The position numbers and the translations under genes are program-made. This document shows, one piece after another, positions 16,613 to 25,643 of a stretch of DNA of 64,000 bases; the first letter of the stretch is position 1; every line of letters starts with the position of its first letter. The DNA comes from a virus. The notes below the pieces were generated by a model. That model was not told the origin of the DNA and searched no databases. It worked only from the letters and a program-made list of their open reading frames with translations. The stretch lies in the IMG/VR virus record IMGVR_UViG_3300022187_000017, positions 41,778 through 105,777 of that record, one strand, 5' to 3'.

Positions 16613-16843
16613 TCATGATCTCTGCTTTGTCTGTTCTAGAATGATCTCTGAATTGATAATATCCCTCTTTGATTTATTGTAGGCTCTCATTGCCTGATCA
16701 CCTATCCTGATACCAAATGCTGCTATCTCTCCAGTGATTACTTTGCCTGCATGCTCATTACCATCCAATAGTAATGCTGTTGCTGTTAAAATAACTGATG
16801 CCCAGACTGCTGCCCAGAAATTTGAAATGATTTTATCGTTCAT
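16613..16843 (-). CDS. Small membrane protein
   Basis: Hydrophobic N-terminal segment. Confidence 0.5.
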   Translation of the reverse strand: MNDKIISNFWAAVWASVILTATALLLDGNEHAGKVITGEIAAFGIRIGDQAMRAYNKSKRDIINSEIILEQTKQRS

Positions 16844-16944
16844 GCTATTATTATTATGATTATTATTACTGCAACCATTACAATGAATGGCCAGCTGCAG
16901 CCTATTTTCTTGATCTGTCCATTGGGATATCTCTCTATCTTCAT
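16840..16944 (-). CDS. 34-aa membrane peptide with a poly-Ile tract (below the track cutoff)
   Basis: MKIERYPNGQIKKIGCSWPFIVMVAVIIIIIIIA*; ATGA overlaps at both ends fill the gap exactly. Confidence 0.55.
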   Translation of the reverse strand: MKIERYPNGQIKKIGCSWPFIVMVAVIIIIIIIA

Positions 16945-17150
16945 GACTTCCCTAGTTTCTTCTCAACCCTATCCACAATAGTCTGTAGGTTCTGGATTGC
17001 TTTTGATTCCTCCATCTGATCCTCATAGACATCCATTGCCTTTGAGAGATCTTCATATGTCTCACACTCTTGTAGCTTTCCAACTAACTTAGAATGTGCA
17101 ACCACTGCCTGCTGGATCTGATTCTTCTCTGTCTTACTTAAATTAGTCAT
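16941..17150 (-). CDS. Hypothetical protein
   Basis: ORF track. Confidence 0.55.
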   Translation of the reverse strand: MTNLSKTEKNQIQQAVVAHSKLVGKLQECETYEDLSKAMDVYEDQMEESKAIQNLQTIVDRVEKKLGKS

Positions 17151-17386
17151 GATCTTATCTGTTCTGAATTGTTTAGTAACATCTTAAATTGATTGGATCT
17201 CTGTAGCTTACCATCTTCAACACCTTGACTCACTCCAGTTGCAAATATATTCTCCACTACATCCTTTAAAGTCATATCTCTATGTATGATCATGTGCTCC
17301 TGAGTTATATTACACCAATATCTATGCTTGTGAACTGCAGTTTTATCTGGATATATGTCTATTTTAGCTAACTGATTATCTGTCAT
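17147..17386 (-). CDS. Hypothetical protein
   Basis: ORF track. Confidence 0.5.
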   Translation of the reverse strand: MTDNQLAKIDIYPDKTAVHKHRYWCNITQEHMIIHRDMTLKDVVENIFATGVSQGVEDGKLQRSNQFKMLLNNSEQIRS

Positions 17387-17523
17387 ATTACTTCCATTGA
17401 TGTTATGTCATCTATACTTGATAGAGTATTTTCTTCTATCCATCCTAGAGCTCCTATTAGTGTTTCAGCCTCTACTGAAGAGACTGTATTGCAATTATTG
17501 AATGTGAAATGATACTTCTTCAT
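17383..17523 (-). CDS. Hypothetical 46-aa protein (below the track cutoff)
   Basis: MKKYHFTFNNCNTVSSVEAETLIGALGWIEENTLSSIDDITSMEVI*; translationally coupled at both ends. Confidence 0.55.
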   Translation of the reverse strand: MKKYHFTFNNCNTVSSVEAETLIGALGWIEENTLSSIDDITSMEVI

Positions 17524-17735
17524 TAGAATGTTATTTCTAGTACAGCCTCATAAATGACAGATACTATTGATGTCAATGCTATTGCTGGGATCCACCAGAC
17601 TGCATATGTAAATAGTAAATACCAGTTACCAGTAATGAATGCTACTATCACTGGCACTAACCAGATAGCAAATACTGACACTACTGCTATTAATGTGAAT
17701 AGGCCTAATAACCCAATTTGGAATGATTCTTTCAT
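17523..17735 (-). CDS. Small membrane protein
   Basis: Two hydrophobic segments; first gene after the promoter at about 17755. Confidence 0.55.
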   Translation of the reverse strand: MKESFQIGLLGLFTLIAVVSVFAIWLVPVIVAFITGNWYLLFTYAVWWIPAIALTSIVSVIYEAVLEITF

Positions 17736-17753
17736 GATTCTCTATTTTAAGTT

Positions 17754-17786
17754 GCTAAAGTATAACAAATATATTTAACCTGCAAA
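17754..17786 (-). promoter_or_regulatory. Bacteroidota-type early promoter
   Basis: Minus strand TTTGCAGGTTAAATATATTTGTTATACTTTAGC. Confidence 0.6.
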
Positions 17787-17983
17787 TTTATTATGATCAT
17801 TATCATCATAGTTACCTAATATGATCACCACCATCATAAGTACCAGTATGAACCCTGTTATTCCCTTTGCTGCTCCCTCTATTAGCATATTCATTGACTC
17901 TGTTTCCATGTGCTTTAATTTGTAAGTTATTGACTGCCAATACTCCTCCTACAGTCTTACTTAAAGTGATTGTTTAACTCTTT

Positions 17984-18361
17984 TTACTTCTCAATGTCTT
18001 TCTTTCCACTCCTGTTGATGGAGTTGATCTCTCTCTCAATAGACCTCAGCCTCTCTTGGCCTCCCTCTTTACCTCTGGTATGTTTGTTAGCTCTCTCCCT
18101 GAAATGCTTTAAGGCCTTATCTCTAGTACCCCTGCTCATATCAGTGGGAGCACTGCTTTTAGTGGCTATAATAGTCCAGTCCCCATCCTCTTGATCATCA
18201 AAAGGTATACTAACTAGATTTTTGCCTGTTTTAGGATCCACTATGATGTTCCCCAGTGCATCTGTATTGATAAACTCTTTCCCATTTTGAGAGTATCTAC
18301 CTGAATGTGATGTCACATGGAAGATCTCTCCTGTATCTGGATTCTTAAAGTTGCCCCTCAT
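17984..18361 (-). CDS. Hypothetical protein
   Basis: ORF track. Confidence 0.55.
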   Translation of the reverse strand: MRGNFKNPDTGEIFHVTSHSGRYSQNGKEFINTDALGNIIVDPKTGKNLVSIPFDDQEDGDWTIIATKSSAPTDMSRGTRDKALKHFRERANKHTRGKEGGQERLRSIEREINSINRSGKKDIEK

Positions 18362-18490
18362 CTGTTTATATAATTATAAATGTGTAATGCCATGACTATG
18401 ATTCCAACCCATGATATTAGTCCCATTACCCTGAACCCTGTATCCTTTGATTGAAATAACATGCATTGTACAAAATATGTCTTTCTCATC

Positions 18491-18865
18491 TTAACAGTCC
18501 TGCCCTCCTTCAGCTCCTTTTACCACCTTATCAGCATCTCTCTTCTCTTGGTTATTGATCCTAGCTATTTGCTCTTGCATCCCTAAGAATTTTCTCTCAG
18601 ATAGGGCAGAAATCATCAGTACCCCTTTCTCGTCTTTGGCCTCTAGGTCAGTTATGAACCTTCCAATTTGAGATATTAGGTGTTCATCTGTATCATAGAA
18701 GAACTTTTCTTTATGCACATGGACTGAACCATTACCGATCTCCAGAATGGGATAGGATACTATGTACATGATTACTTCCTTTAACTTCTTTGGTACTCCT
18801 ACCAACTCTGGCATTGGTAATCCATCAAATTCTGGTACTTGTATGTATTCAAGTTTTTTGCTCAT
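18491..18865 (-). CDS. Hypothetical protein
   Basis: ORF track. Confidence 0.55.
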   Translation of the reverse strand: MSKKLEYIQVPEFDGLPMPELVGVPKKLKEVIMYIVSYPILEIGNGSVHVHKEKFFYDTDEHLISQIGRFITDLEAKDEKGVLMISALSERKFLGMQEQIARINNQEKRDADKVVKGAEGGQDC

Positions 18866-18868
18866 TGC

Positions 18869-19270
18869 TTAATATTTTATGATTCTTACTTCTTTACTGT
18901 ATTCCTTCATTGTCTCTATCATATTCTTAGTGCCATTAGATCCATTCCAGAATGCCACCAGATAATCTGCATATTCTGCCATATCTCTATTCCTTGCATG
19001 TCCTGCTCCTTTGAAGTATTTGGATCCATCTGGCCTCTCTCCTATCATAAATGGCATCTTACCCTCTATGTTATCCCAGTCTGCAGGCATTCTGGTGAGC
19101 TTGTATGCTCTTCTCTTGGCATATTGCTCCCCTAACCTATCTGCACCTGCTGCAGTCCCTGAAACGATCTCTAATGTCTCCTTATTGAGTTTTGAGAATA
19201 ATATATCACATACCTGTTCTAACTTTCTCTGATCTTTGAAGTCTCTACCTCCTGCAATTATTACTTTCAT
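18869..19270 (-). CDS. YspA/DUF2493 SLOG-family protein
   Basis: MKVIIAGGRDF, IVSGTAAGAD.LGEQYA, PADW, AGHARNRDMAEYAD.LVAFWNGSNGT.NMI. Confidence 0.85.
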   Translation of the reverse strand: MKVIIAGGRDFKDQRKLEQVCDILFSKLNKETLEIVSGTAAGADRLGEQYAKRRAYKLTRMPADWDNIEGKMPFMIGERPDGSKYFKGAGHARNRDMAEYADYLVAFWNGSNGTKNMIETMKEYSKEVRIIKY

Positions 19271-19456
19271 CCCTTATTTCTCATCCATCTAAAGGGAATT
19301 ATACCATCCCATATATCTAATTTCAAATCCTCCTCATCCATCCATCTTCCCTCAGTAATCCACCATGCATGCATCATAATTAGATCCACTAGATATAATA
19401 TTGCTACAAATATCACTATTACTAATATTATTAACTCTTTCATGATTTTAATCTTT

Positions 19457-19487
19457 AAAAAAAGAGGCTAGGCAACCCCAGCCTCTT
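19457..19487 (-). terminator. Intrinsic terminator
   Basis: Minus strand AAGAGGCTGGGGTTGCCTAGCCTCTTTTTTT, downstream of ORF 19519-19848. Confidence 0.75.
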
Positions 19488-19518
19488 TCATCTTCTTAGT
19501 GGCCATTGGCCTTTTTAT

Positions 19519-19848
19519 TTATGTAGTATATTCAAGTCTAATGTCAGGCAATGGATCTGGAGTTCTCAGTGATTTACCATTGAATACATTTTCGCTTAAA
19601 GTATTAGTAGTTATTAGCTTATGATCTCCTATATCTGGAGGTGCATTCACATGCGAATAACTGGTTTCTAGAATAACCATGCTTGGTGACTCCACTGTGC
19701 TAAGAGTGTAGCTGTCTACTGATACTTGATCAATGGACATGGTTAGTTCATCTTGTACTGGATCATTGGCCAGCTCCTCTGACTGGAATCCAATGAGTGT
19801 GACTGCAAATAGTGCTAGACACATAAATAGTCTGAATACATTCTTCAT
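19519..19848 (-). CDS. Secreted low-complexity hypothetical protein
   Basis: Signal-peptide-like N-terminus; followed by a terminator. Confidence 0.55.
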   Translation of the reverse strand: MKNVFRLFMCLALFAVTLIGFQSEELANDPVQDELTMSIDQVSVDSYTLSTVESPSMVILETSYSHVNAPPDIGDHKLITTNTLSENVFNGKSLRTPDPLPDIRLEYTT

Positions 19849-19884
19849 ACTGTTCTATTTTAATGGTGCTTCATTTCTCAGGTT

Positions 19885-20820
19885 TCAGCTTGCCTGTTTT
19901 GTCTTTGTGAAGATCTCTCCCTTGTGTAAAGATAGGCCTAATAATTTAATATTGGCTATCATATCCTGCTTATTCCAGTATCCTTGACTGGATGCTCCAA
20001 TGATTTTACCATTGGATGCTGTTACTCTCCATCTCCACTTCCATAGCTTTCTATAGATCTCTACTGGATAAGGATGTTGTACTGGCACTTCTGTTTTCAT
20101 TGTTCTATTGTTATTTGTGTTACTATTATACTCAAACCATCTTGATTTGAACAGGAATCTCTTTCTATCTGTTCCTATCATCAGGTTAAAATAGTTTCTC
20201 TTTTTATTGAATATTCTCAATACTCTTCTTAACCAAACTCTATCAAGGGGAAGTGTAAATGAATATCTAAAGTGCTTTGTTCCTCTTAATCGAAATGTAA
20301 TCTTTTGTATCCCGAATATGGTTTTATTTCTCCAGATAAGAGGGTGACCAATTCCTTCTACTTTAAGAACATTGAGATGTTCATTTATCTCTGCACTTGT
20401 GTAGTTAGGAGTGATTAATCTTCCTAATGCTACTTTTGTATTCCATGTCCAGTTACGAAATGCTCCCCATGCATATGAAAGGAAGAATCTCTTGATAGCT
20501 CCATAATCCTCTTCAAATATCTGGTACTTGTCTCGGATGATATTTCCATACGGATCTACCTCATCATCTATCATCTCGTATACCCCATACCAATTATCAA
20601 TATGAGCTCTCTCTGGGTCTCCTCCTCCTTGTTCATCTGAATTAGAAACCCACCATAACAATAGCCACTTCCAAAGTGTTGGGTTCTTGTCAATGGATCT
20701 CCTGAAGATGTATGCTAGCCAATATAATACAAATCCTACTGGCCATAAGATTAATACTTCAACAATAAACTTGAAGAAGAAGAATTTGAAGTACATCCAT
20801 ATGTTTTCTAAATGTCTCAT
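19885..20820 (-). CDS. Membrane-associated protein fused in frame to a C-terminal YegP/DUF1508-like domain
   Basis: C-terminal VEIYR...WRWRVTASNGKIIGASSQGY.NK.D...NI is the DUF1508 pattern. There is an internal ATG at 20100 with an A-rich leader. Confidence 0.55.
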   Translation of the reverse strand: MRHLENIWMYFKFFFFKFIVEVLILWPVGFVLYWLAYIFRRSIDKNPTLWKWLLLWWVSNSDEQGGGDPERAHIDNWYGVYEMIDDEVDPYGNIIRDKYQIFEEDYGAIKRFFLSYAWGAFRNWTWNTKVALGRLITPNYTSAEINEHLNVLKVEGIGHPLIWRNKTIFGIQKITFRLRGTKHFRYSFTLPLDRVWLRRVLRIFNKKRNYFNLMIGTDRKRFLFKSRWFEYNSNTNNNRTMKTEVPVQHPYPVEIYRKLWKWRWRVTASNGKIIGASSQGYWNKQDMIANIKLLGLSLHKGEIFTKTKQAS

Positions 20821-20821
20821 A

Positions 20822-21202
20822 TTACCAATGCTTTTTTAGGTTATACTTGAAGTCTAATACCTCCTGTGATACAGATCCTAACACATTGATGTAGATCACA
20901 TATCTCTCCTCTGGTGTTATCTTAACACATGCAGTTACATACAGTCCTCCTGTAGATATTGGAAGGATGTCCTTATCATCTACCATCAACTTGATCTTAG
21001 ATACTAAATCATCTACAGCTCTCTCTATGATAGGCTCATCATTCTGTGAGTTATCACTTCCATTGACATACTCTACTATCTCCAGATTATATGGATAGTC
21101 TTTCTTTTCAATTGTGCATCCTCTTAATGGGACATCAACTGATACCCAATTCAGTGCCTTACCTATAGGATGATCTTCTAAAAGTATTGTTTTATGTTTC
21201 AT
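20822..21202 (-). CDS. Hypothetical protein
   Basis: ORF track. Confidence 0.5.
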   Translation of the reverse strand: MKHKTILLEDHPIGKALNWVSVDVPLRGCTIEKKDYPYNLEIVEYVNGSDNSQNDEPIIERAVDDLVSKIKLMVDDKDILPISTGGLYVTACVKITPEERYVIYINVLGSVSQEVLDFKYNLKKHW

Positions 21203-21374
21203 CTTCCAGCTTTTACATTGTTATAAGCTAACCTCATCACTATAGCATTGAATAACATCACTACTACTAACAATGGACTATCTATAAAGATACCTACTGC
21301 TATCCCTATGCCATTTAATATCCCTGCTGCTATCAGAGATCTCAGCATCCACTTGATCATTTTCTTTGTTGGTT

Positions 21375-21572
21375 TCATTCTATTGATTTAAGATTAAATG
21401 ATATTTCAAATCCTGTCTTAGCAATAGATTTAGTTTTTCCAAAAAAATCACCTTCGACAGTATCATCTTTTTTTACTTCAATTAATTCAGGGATTTTCAT
21501 AATCCTCATCATTTCAACCATTATAGCAAGAGATGTTACTTCCTGTCCTTTTTTAACGACTAATGTTTTCAT
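21375..21572 (-). CDS. Hypothetical protein
   Basis: ORF track. Confidence 0.5.
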   Translation of the reverse strand: MKTLVVKKGQEVTSLAIMVEMMRIMKIPELIEVKKDDTVEGDFFGKTKSIAKTGFEISFNLKSIE

Positions 21573-22041
21573 AATTCTCTATTGATTTATTGATCTCCTT
21601 CATCATCTGATCATAATTCCCTTTGAACTGCATAGCCTCCATTCTGATCTTCATAGCTATCTTTCTAGCATATCCCTCTGGGATCTCATGTCCCTGTCTT
21701 ATACTCACTCCATTTACAATTGAATACTTCCCCATTATTGAAGAGATTCTGTTGTGAAGTAAGTAGTGCATATCATATGTATCATCTCCTAGTATATTAC
21801 TATGAGCCTGCTTCAGGCTTTTTGGAAGGATGAACATAATTGAATAGAAGTGAGATCCTTTCCTTGGAGGAGTTGCTATTGTGGATACATCGATCCCAAA
21901 ACACTTCTCCTTATCTCTCTTCAATTGATAGTGAGGAAATGGTGTTACCACCTTATCAAATCTTCCAGAGCTCTCTAGCTCCTTCTCTATTGCAAATCCC
22001 ACCATTCTAGTTTTTTGTGTATCAACTGGCCTTTCTAGCAT
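21553..22041 (-). CDS. Hypothetical protein
   Basis: ORF track. Confidence 0.5.
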   Translation of the reverse strand: MLERPVDTQKTRMVGFAIEKELESSGRFDKVVTPFPHYQLKRDKEKCFGIDVSTIATPPRKGSHFYSIMFILPKSLKQAHSNILGDDTYDMHYLLHNRISSIMGKYSIVNGVSIRQGHEIPEGYARKIAMKIRMEAMQFKGNYDQMMKEINKSIENYENISR

Positions 22042-22330
22042 CTTTTCTTTTTTTACTTCTTATTAATCCTATGTAGCATCCTAATAGGGATCCTATTAAT
22101 GAGAATATTATCACTGGGATATATCTCATGTCATGTTCTACCATCACCATCAGTACTCCTTTGGCTCCTATAGCTATTGCAATCAACCATAGAACATGAA
22201 TGAGTCCTCCAGATATAAGAGTCCTCTTGATGTCACCTTCAGCTATAAAATGAATATTCACAGTCCTAGCATATAAAAATGCCAATTGACTGAGGAATAC
22301 CACTGCTGATTCAAATATTATATCACTCAT
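22022..22330 (-). CDS. Small three-TM membrane protein
   Basis: Three hydrophobic helices ending GSLLGCYIG plus a basic tail. Confidence 0.55.
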   Translation of the reverse strand: MSDIIFESAVVFLSQLAFLYARTVNIHFIAEGDIKRTLISGGLIHVLWLIAIAIGAKGVLMVMVEHDMRYIPVIIFSLIGSLLGCYIGLIRSKKRKDARKAS

Positions 22331-22366
22331 AAATTTCTTATTGGATGTCTCCTGCTGCTTTTAATA

Positions 22367-22572
22367 AAGGGAAGGCCATCACACCTTCCCTTCTACTAAA
22401 TAAACAACAAATATAGGCCATCACACCTAATTTGTGATGGGAGGAGACTTGATTCTCCTTAGTAGCTCCCAAATTACTAACCTTTAAAAACTAACTATGA
22501 AACTTAGCTACTAATATTGCCCTTGGCAAATCCCACCTATCAGAACCCCTTCTGATATACTTTCAATGAACT
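22367..22572 (-). ncRNA. Candidate structured ncRNA locus: tRNA-like cloverleaf with a 38-nt loop, plus two repeat hairpins
   Basis: 245-bp ORF-free gap. Stems on the minus strand are TATCAGAA/TTCTGATA, GGTGGGA/TCCCATC, TGCC/GGCA, TTAGTAGCT/AGCTACTAA and GGAGA/TCTCC. The 14-bp repeat AGGTGTGATGGCCT occurs twice. Confidence 0.6.
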
Positions 22573-22575
22573 CTA

Positions 22576-22839
22576 TTATCCCTGCATAGGGATCAATCTT
22601 TTTACTACTTCTCTTGTTAAGTGATCCACTTGAACTATGAATATCCTTCCTGCTCTGATATCCTCTGCCTCTCTTATCACTCTATGGATCCTGCAGTACA
22701 TATGTCTAAACTCTGTATCTGTTTCTCCCTTTAATCTTAACCTATCCAGTAATGTAACCTGAAATAATCCTCTCCCTGTTACTCCTCTGACAGTGTGCTT
22801 CTCACCTATCATCTCACTATAAGGCTTTGTTCTATCCAT
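22576..22839 (-). CDS. Hypothetical protein
   Basis: ORF track. Confidence 0.5.
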   Translation of the reverse strand: MDRTKPYSEMIGEKHTVRGVTGRGLFQVTLLDRLRLKGETDTEFRHMYCRIHRVIREAEDIRAGRIFIVQVDHLTREVVKRLIPMQG

Positions 22840-22841
22840 TC

Positions 22842-23486
22842 CTACAACTGTCTCTCTCTGGTTAATAGTCCGTATGGCTGTGCTATCTTCATCACTTCTA
22901 CTGCAAAGTTACTACCTAGCTCCTGTACTGATCCACTCCATAAAATCCATCCCCAGTAATAGTCTTTCTTAGCTCCTGCTTTCTTAGCCTCTCTCCATTT
23001 CTTTGTAGGAAACTTAACACATACCCAGTTAGCATCTAATCGATTCTGACCATCCCAATTCTTCTTCAGGTCATCTAACTTAGCTATTAACTCTTGATAG
23101 TCTGTAGATGGCTCTGGAGTAGGTTCTGGAGCTGCCTCTATAAGTGCTAGATGTGACTCTCCTATGATTGTATTCATTTTCTCATTTCTGACTACATATC
23201 CATAATGTGAGAAGTTTATTACTTCTTCTTTCCCTCCATAGTCACCATCATTAGCTTGCCATGCATGGATAGTCAATACAGCATCTCCACCTTCTACATC
23301 TTCAATATCCCATTTGATCTCTTCTCTCATTGAAGGAAGATCACTCTCTCTATAGGCAAGATTGCCATCATGGTTATAGAATACTCTCTCTGCTCCCTTT
23401 TCTGAAACTACTGATTCAGTCATTCCATAAAGATCTGCTGGATGTGTCACTTTGTCTCCTGATTTGAATTTTGGTAATGTGTTCAT
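22842..23486 (-). CDS. Hypothetical early protein
   Basis: First gene after the promoter at about 23515. Confidence 0.6.
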   Translation of the reverse strand: MNTLPKFKSGDKVTHPADLYGMTESVVSEKGAERVFYNHDGNLAYRESDLPSMREEIKWDIEDVEGGDAVLTIHAWQANDGDYGGKEEVINFSHYGYVVRNEKMNTIIGESHLALIEAAPEPTPEPSTDYQELIAKLDDLKKNWDGQNRLDANWVCVKFPTKKWREAKKAGAKKDYYWGWILWSGSVQELGSNFAVEVMKIAQPYGLLTRERQL

Positions 23487-23514
23487 GATGTACGATTTTT
23501 GTTGTTATCTGGGT

Positions 23515-23546
23515 GTAAATATATAACCAATATATTTATTGTGCAA
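23515..23546 (-). promoter_or_regulatory. Bacteroidota-type early promoter
   Basis: Minus strand TTGCACAATAAATATATTGGTTATATATTTAC. Confidence 0.65.
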
Positions 23547-23549
23547 CTT

Positions 23550-25643
23550 TTACTTAAAAAACTTTCTTATTTTCTTTGTAATCTTCACCTCAAACTCATG
23601 AGGCCCTACATTATTAGTGGTGTTACAGTCATTACACATATACAAATAGAAATTTAATCCTAGGTGATTTCTTCTAGAACATGGATCCTCTACATCTATA
23701 AATGGATGCTGGCCTGCCTCTGGAGTTCTCTCTGGAATCCTATGGCTTACTCTATAATTCTGGTAATATACTGGTAGTTCCTCTCTGGATACATTAAGTA
23801 CCCACATGAGCTCTCTGTAGTGAGTAATGATCAACTTCTTAACTGATGTTGCTGTATTGGATCCACAGCACATGCATTCCTGATCCCTCTCTATTGTCTT
23901 TCCTATACCTACTCCAGCAGTTTGACTTCTAGCCTTACTGATTGTTACCACTCCTCCAAATGGATAGTATTGGCCACTTACTGCTGGAGCTAAGTCCCCT
24001 AATACTTTGTAAGAATCAACATTATCCATGAATGAGATATTCTTTCCTTCCATTAACCTTGGCATGATCTCATCATATCGACTATTAAACATCTGGTTTA
24101 ACTTATATGTATCAACTTCATACCTATTACCTAGTTCATTAATCTTAGGTAAGATGGATCTAACTACCATATCACCCAATAACCTCTCTGAGAGGAGCTC
24201 ATATTCATCCTGAGAGGCTATTTTGTCTGCCTCATACTCCCTAGACTTGGTTACTAAGCTATATGGATTCAATGTAAATACTCCAGTAAACCCATAAACT
24301 GACTCTATAGATCCTATGATCCCATTGAATATATCCTTCCTGACCTCATCCCATCCATTGAGATGGTTAGTACTCATCAAATTGATAGTTTCCTTCTTGA
24401 CCATCTTATCATGTATGAAGTCTACTCCTGAGACTATCTCCTTCACATCATTCTTCTTAGATTGGATCAATCTCATCAGACTATCTGCCATCAATATCAT
24501 CAATAATCTAGCCTGACCTGATGTATTTCTTGCCAGATCTAAACTCAAAATATTATTGTGATTCTCAGATACTGATAATGTCTTAAACTCTGCATCCCAT
24601 CTGGCCACTATATAACCATCCTTCTTGAACTCTACAGCTATTAGAGATGGATTAGCTCCTCCAGATGTAACATAGTAACATATGTCAAAATCAACATCCA
24701 TATCAGTTACATCCTTCCTAACCAAATCAGTTACATGATTAAAAAACCTCTTAGAGCTTTCAGATGTCCAGCTAGATGAATGACTACTAGAATTAGCCTT
24801 ATTAGCATAATCCATTCCTGTTATAGCATCTATTCTATCTACCATATTATCAAGTAACTGATATGGGAACTCAACTATCCCATCTAATGCAGATAGGTGA
24901 TCTATGAATTCAAACCTCTTGATACTTGTACCATTAAATGACCTCTGATCAGTTACTATCCAAACACTATCTAATTTGTGTAATGCTATGATAAAATTGG
25001 AGTTAGAGATGTCTACTGGATCTAGATTCAAGAATAGTGATACCCAAACCTGTCCATCTATTGCTGGTAATGTCTTATATACCTCAGCTATCCAACTATT
25101 AAGACTCCTACCTAACCCCATCACTGGATGTACTGTCCATCTATCTGCACTCTGGATGTTGGCCACTCCTGACTTGTATTTATATACCTCAAAAGTATTA
25201 TCCTCCACAACCAATTTATTGACCATATCTATGATCTCTGGAGTAACTTCAGGATTTGAATGTGCCATTATTGGATTGTCATAGATAGATTCTATTATTG
25301 GCTGATATGTTGCCTTCTTCCATTGCTCATATATGATTATTAATCTGGATAGAATGTCTATATATTCCTTCAAGAACTTAGTCCTCTTTGGGTTTAGATC
25401 CTTATGACCATATACCTGTACGAAGTTACAGAATCCCCTCTCATAGATCCCTGAAGTAAATGGAATAGCATCATACAATTGATTAATTGCTAATGCATAG
25501 TTTGTATTTAGTAAGTTTTTTGATTGAAATACTTTGATTTTTAGGTGATGCTCTTGATGATCTTGTGCTACCTCATCAGGCTTCCAGCCAAAGTATGCAA
25601 TTAGATCATCACATACTGCATTCAGTTCTTTTATAAAAGACAT
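23550..25643 (-). CDS. Large hypothetical protein with a C-terminal Cys-rich (possible Zn-binding) region
   Basis: 697-aa ORF containing CMCC and CNDC. Confidence 0.7.
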   Translation of the reverse strand: MSFIKELNAVCDDLIAYFGWKPDEVAQDHQEHHLKIKVFQSKNLLNTNYALAINQLYDAIPFTSGIYERGFCNFVQVYGHKDLNPKRTKFLKEYIDILSRLIIIYEQWKKATYQPIIESIYDNPIMAHSNPEVTPEIIDMVNKLVVEDNTFEVYKYKSGVANIQSADRWTVHPVMGLGRSLNSWIAEVYKTLPAIDGQVWVSLFLNLDPVDISNSNFIIALHKLDSVWIVTDQRSFNGTSIKRFEFIDHLSALDGIVEFPYQLLDNMVDRIDAITGMDYANKANSSSHSSSWTSESSKRFFNHVTDLVRKDVTDMDVDFDICYYVTSGGANPSLIAVEFKKDGYIVARWDAEFKTLSVSENHNNILSLDLARNTSGQARLLMILMADSLMRLIQSKKNDVKEIVSGVDFIHDKMVKKETINLMSTNHLNGWDEVRKDIFNGIIGSIESVYGFTGVFTLNPYSLVTKSREYEADKIASQDEYELLSERLLGDMVVRSILPKINELGNRYEVDTYKLNQMFNSRYDEIMPRLMEGKNISFMDNVDSYKVLGDLAPAVSGQYYPFGGVVTISKARSQTAGVGIGKTIERDQECMCCGSNTATSVKKLIITHYRELMWVLNVSREELPVYYQNYRVSHRIPERTPEAGQHPFIDVEDPCSRRNHLGLNFYLYMCNDCNTTNNVGPHEFEVKITKKIRKFFK

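Noticed and set aside
22367-22440. CRISPR or TIGR array
   Set aside because: Only two 14-bp repeats, no regular multi-unit period, and no Cas or Nop-domain protein recognised. It is kept as a candidate ncRNA instead.
22432-22537. Functional tRNA
   Set aside because: There is no TTCRA T-loop, the D-loop is 3 nt, there is no 7-nt anticodon loop and no variable loop. It is only tRNA-like in geometry.
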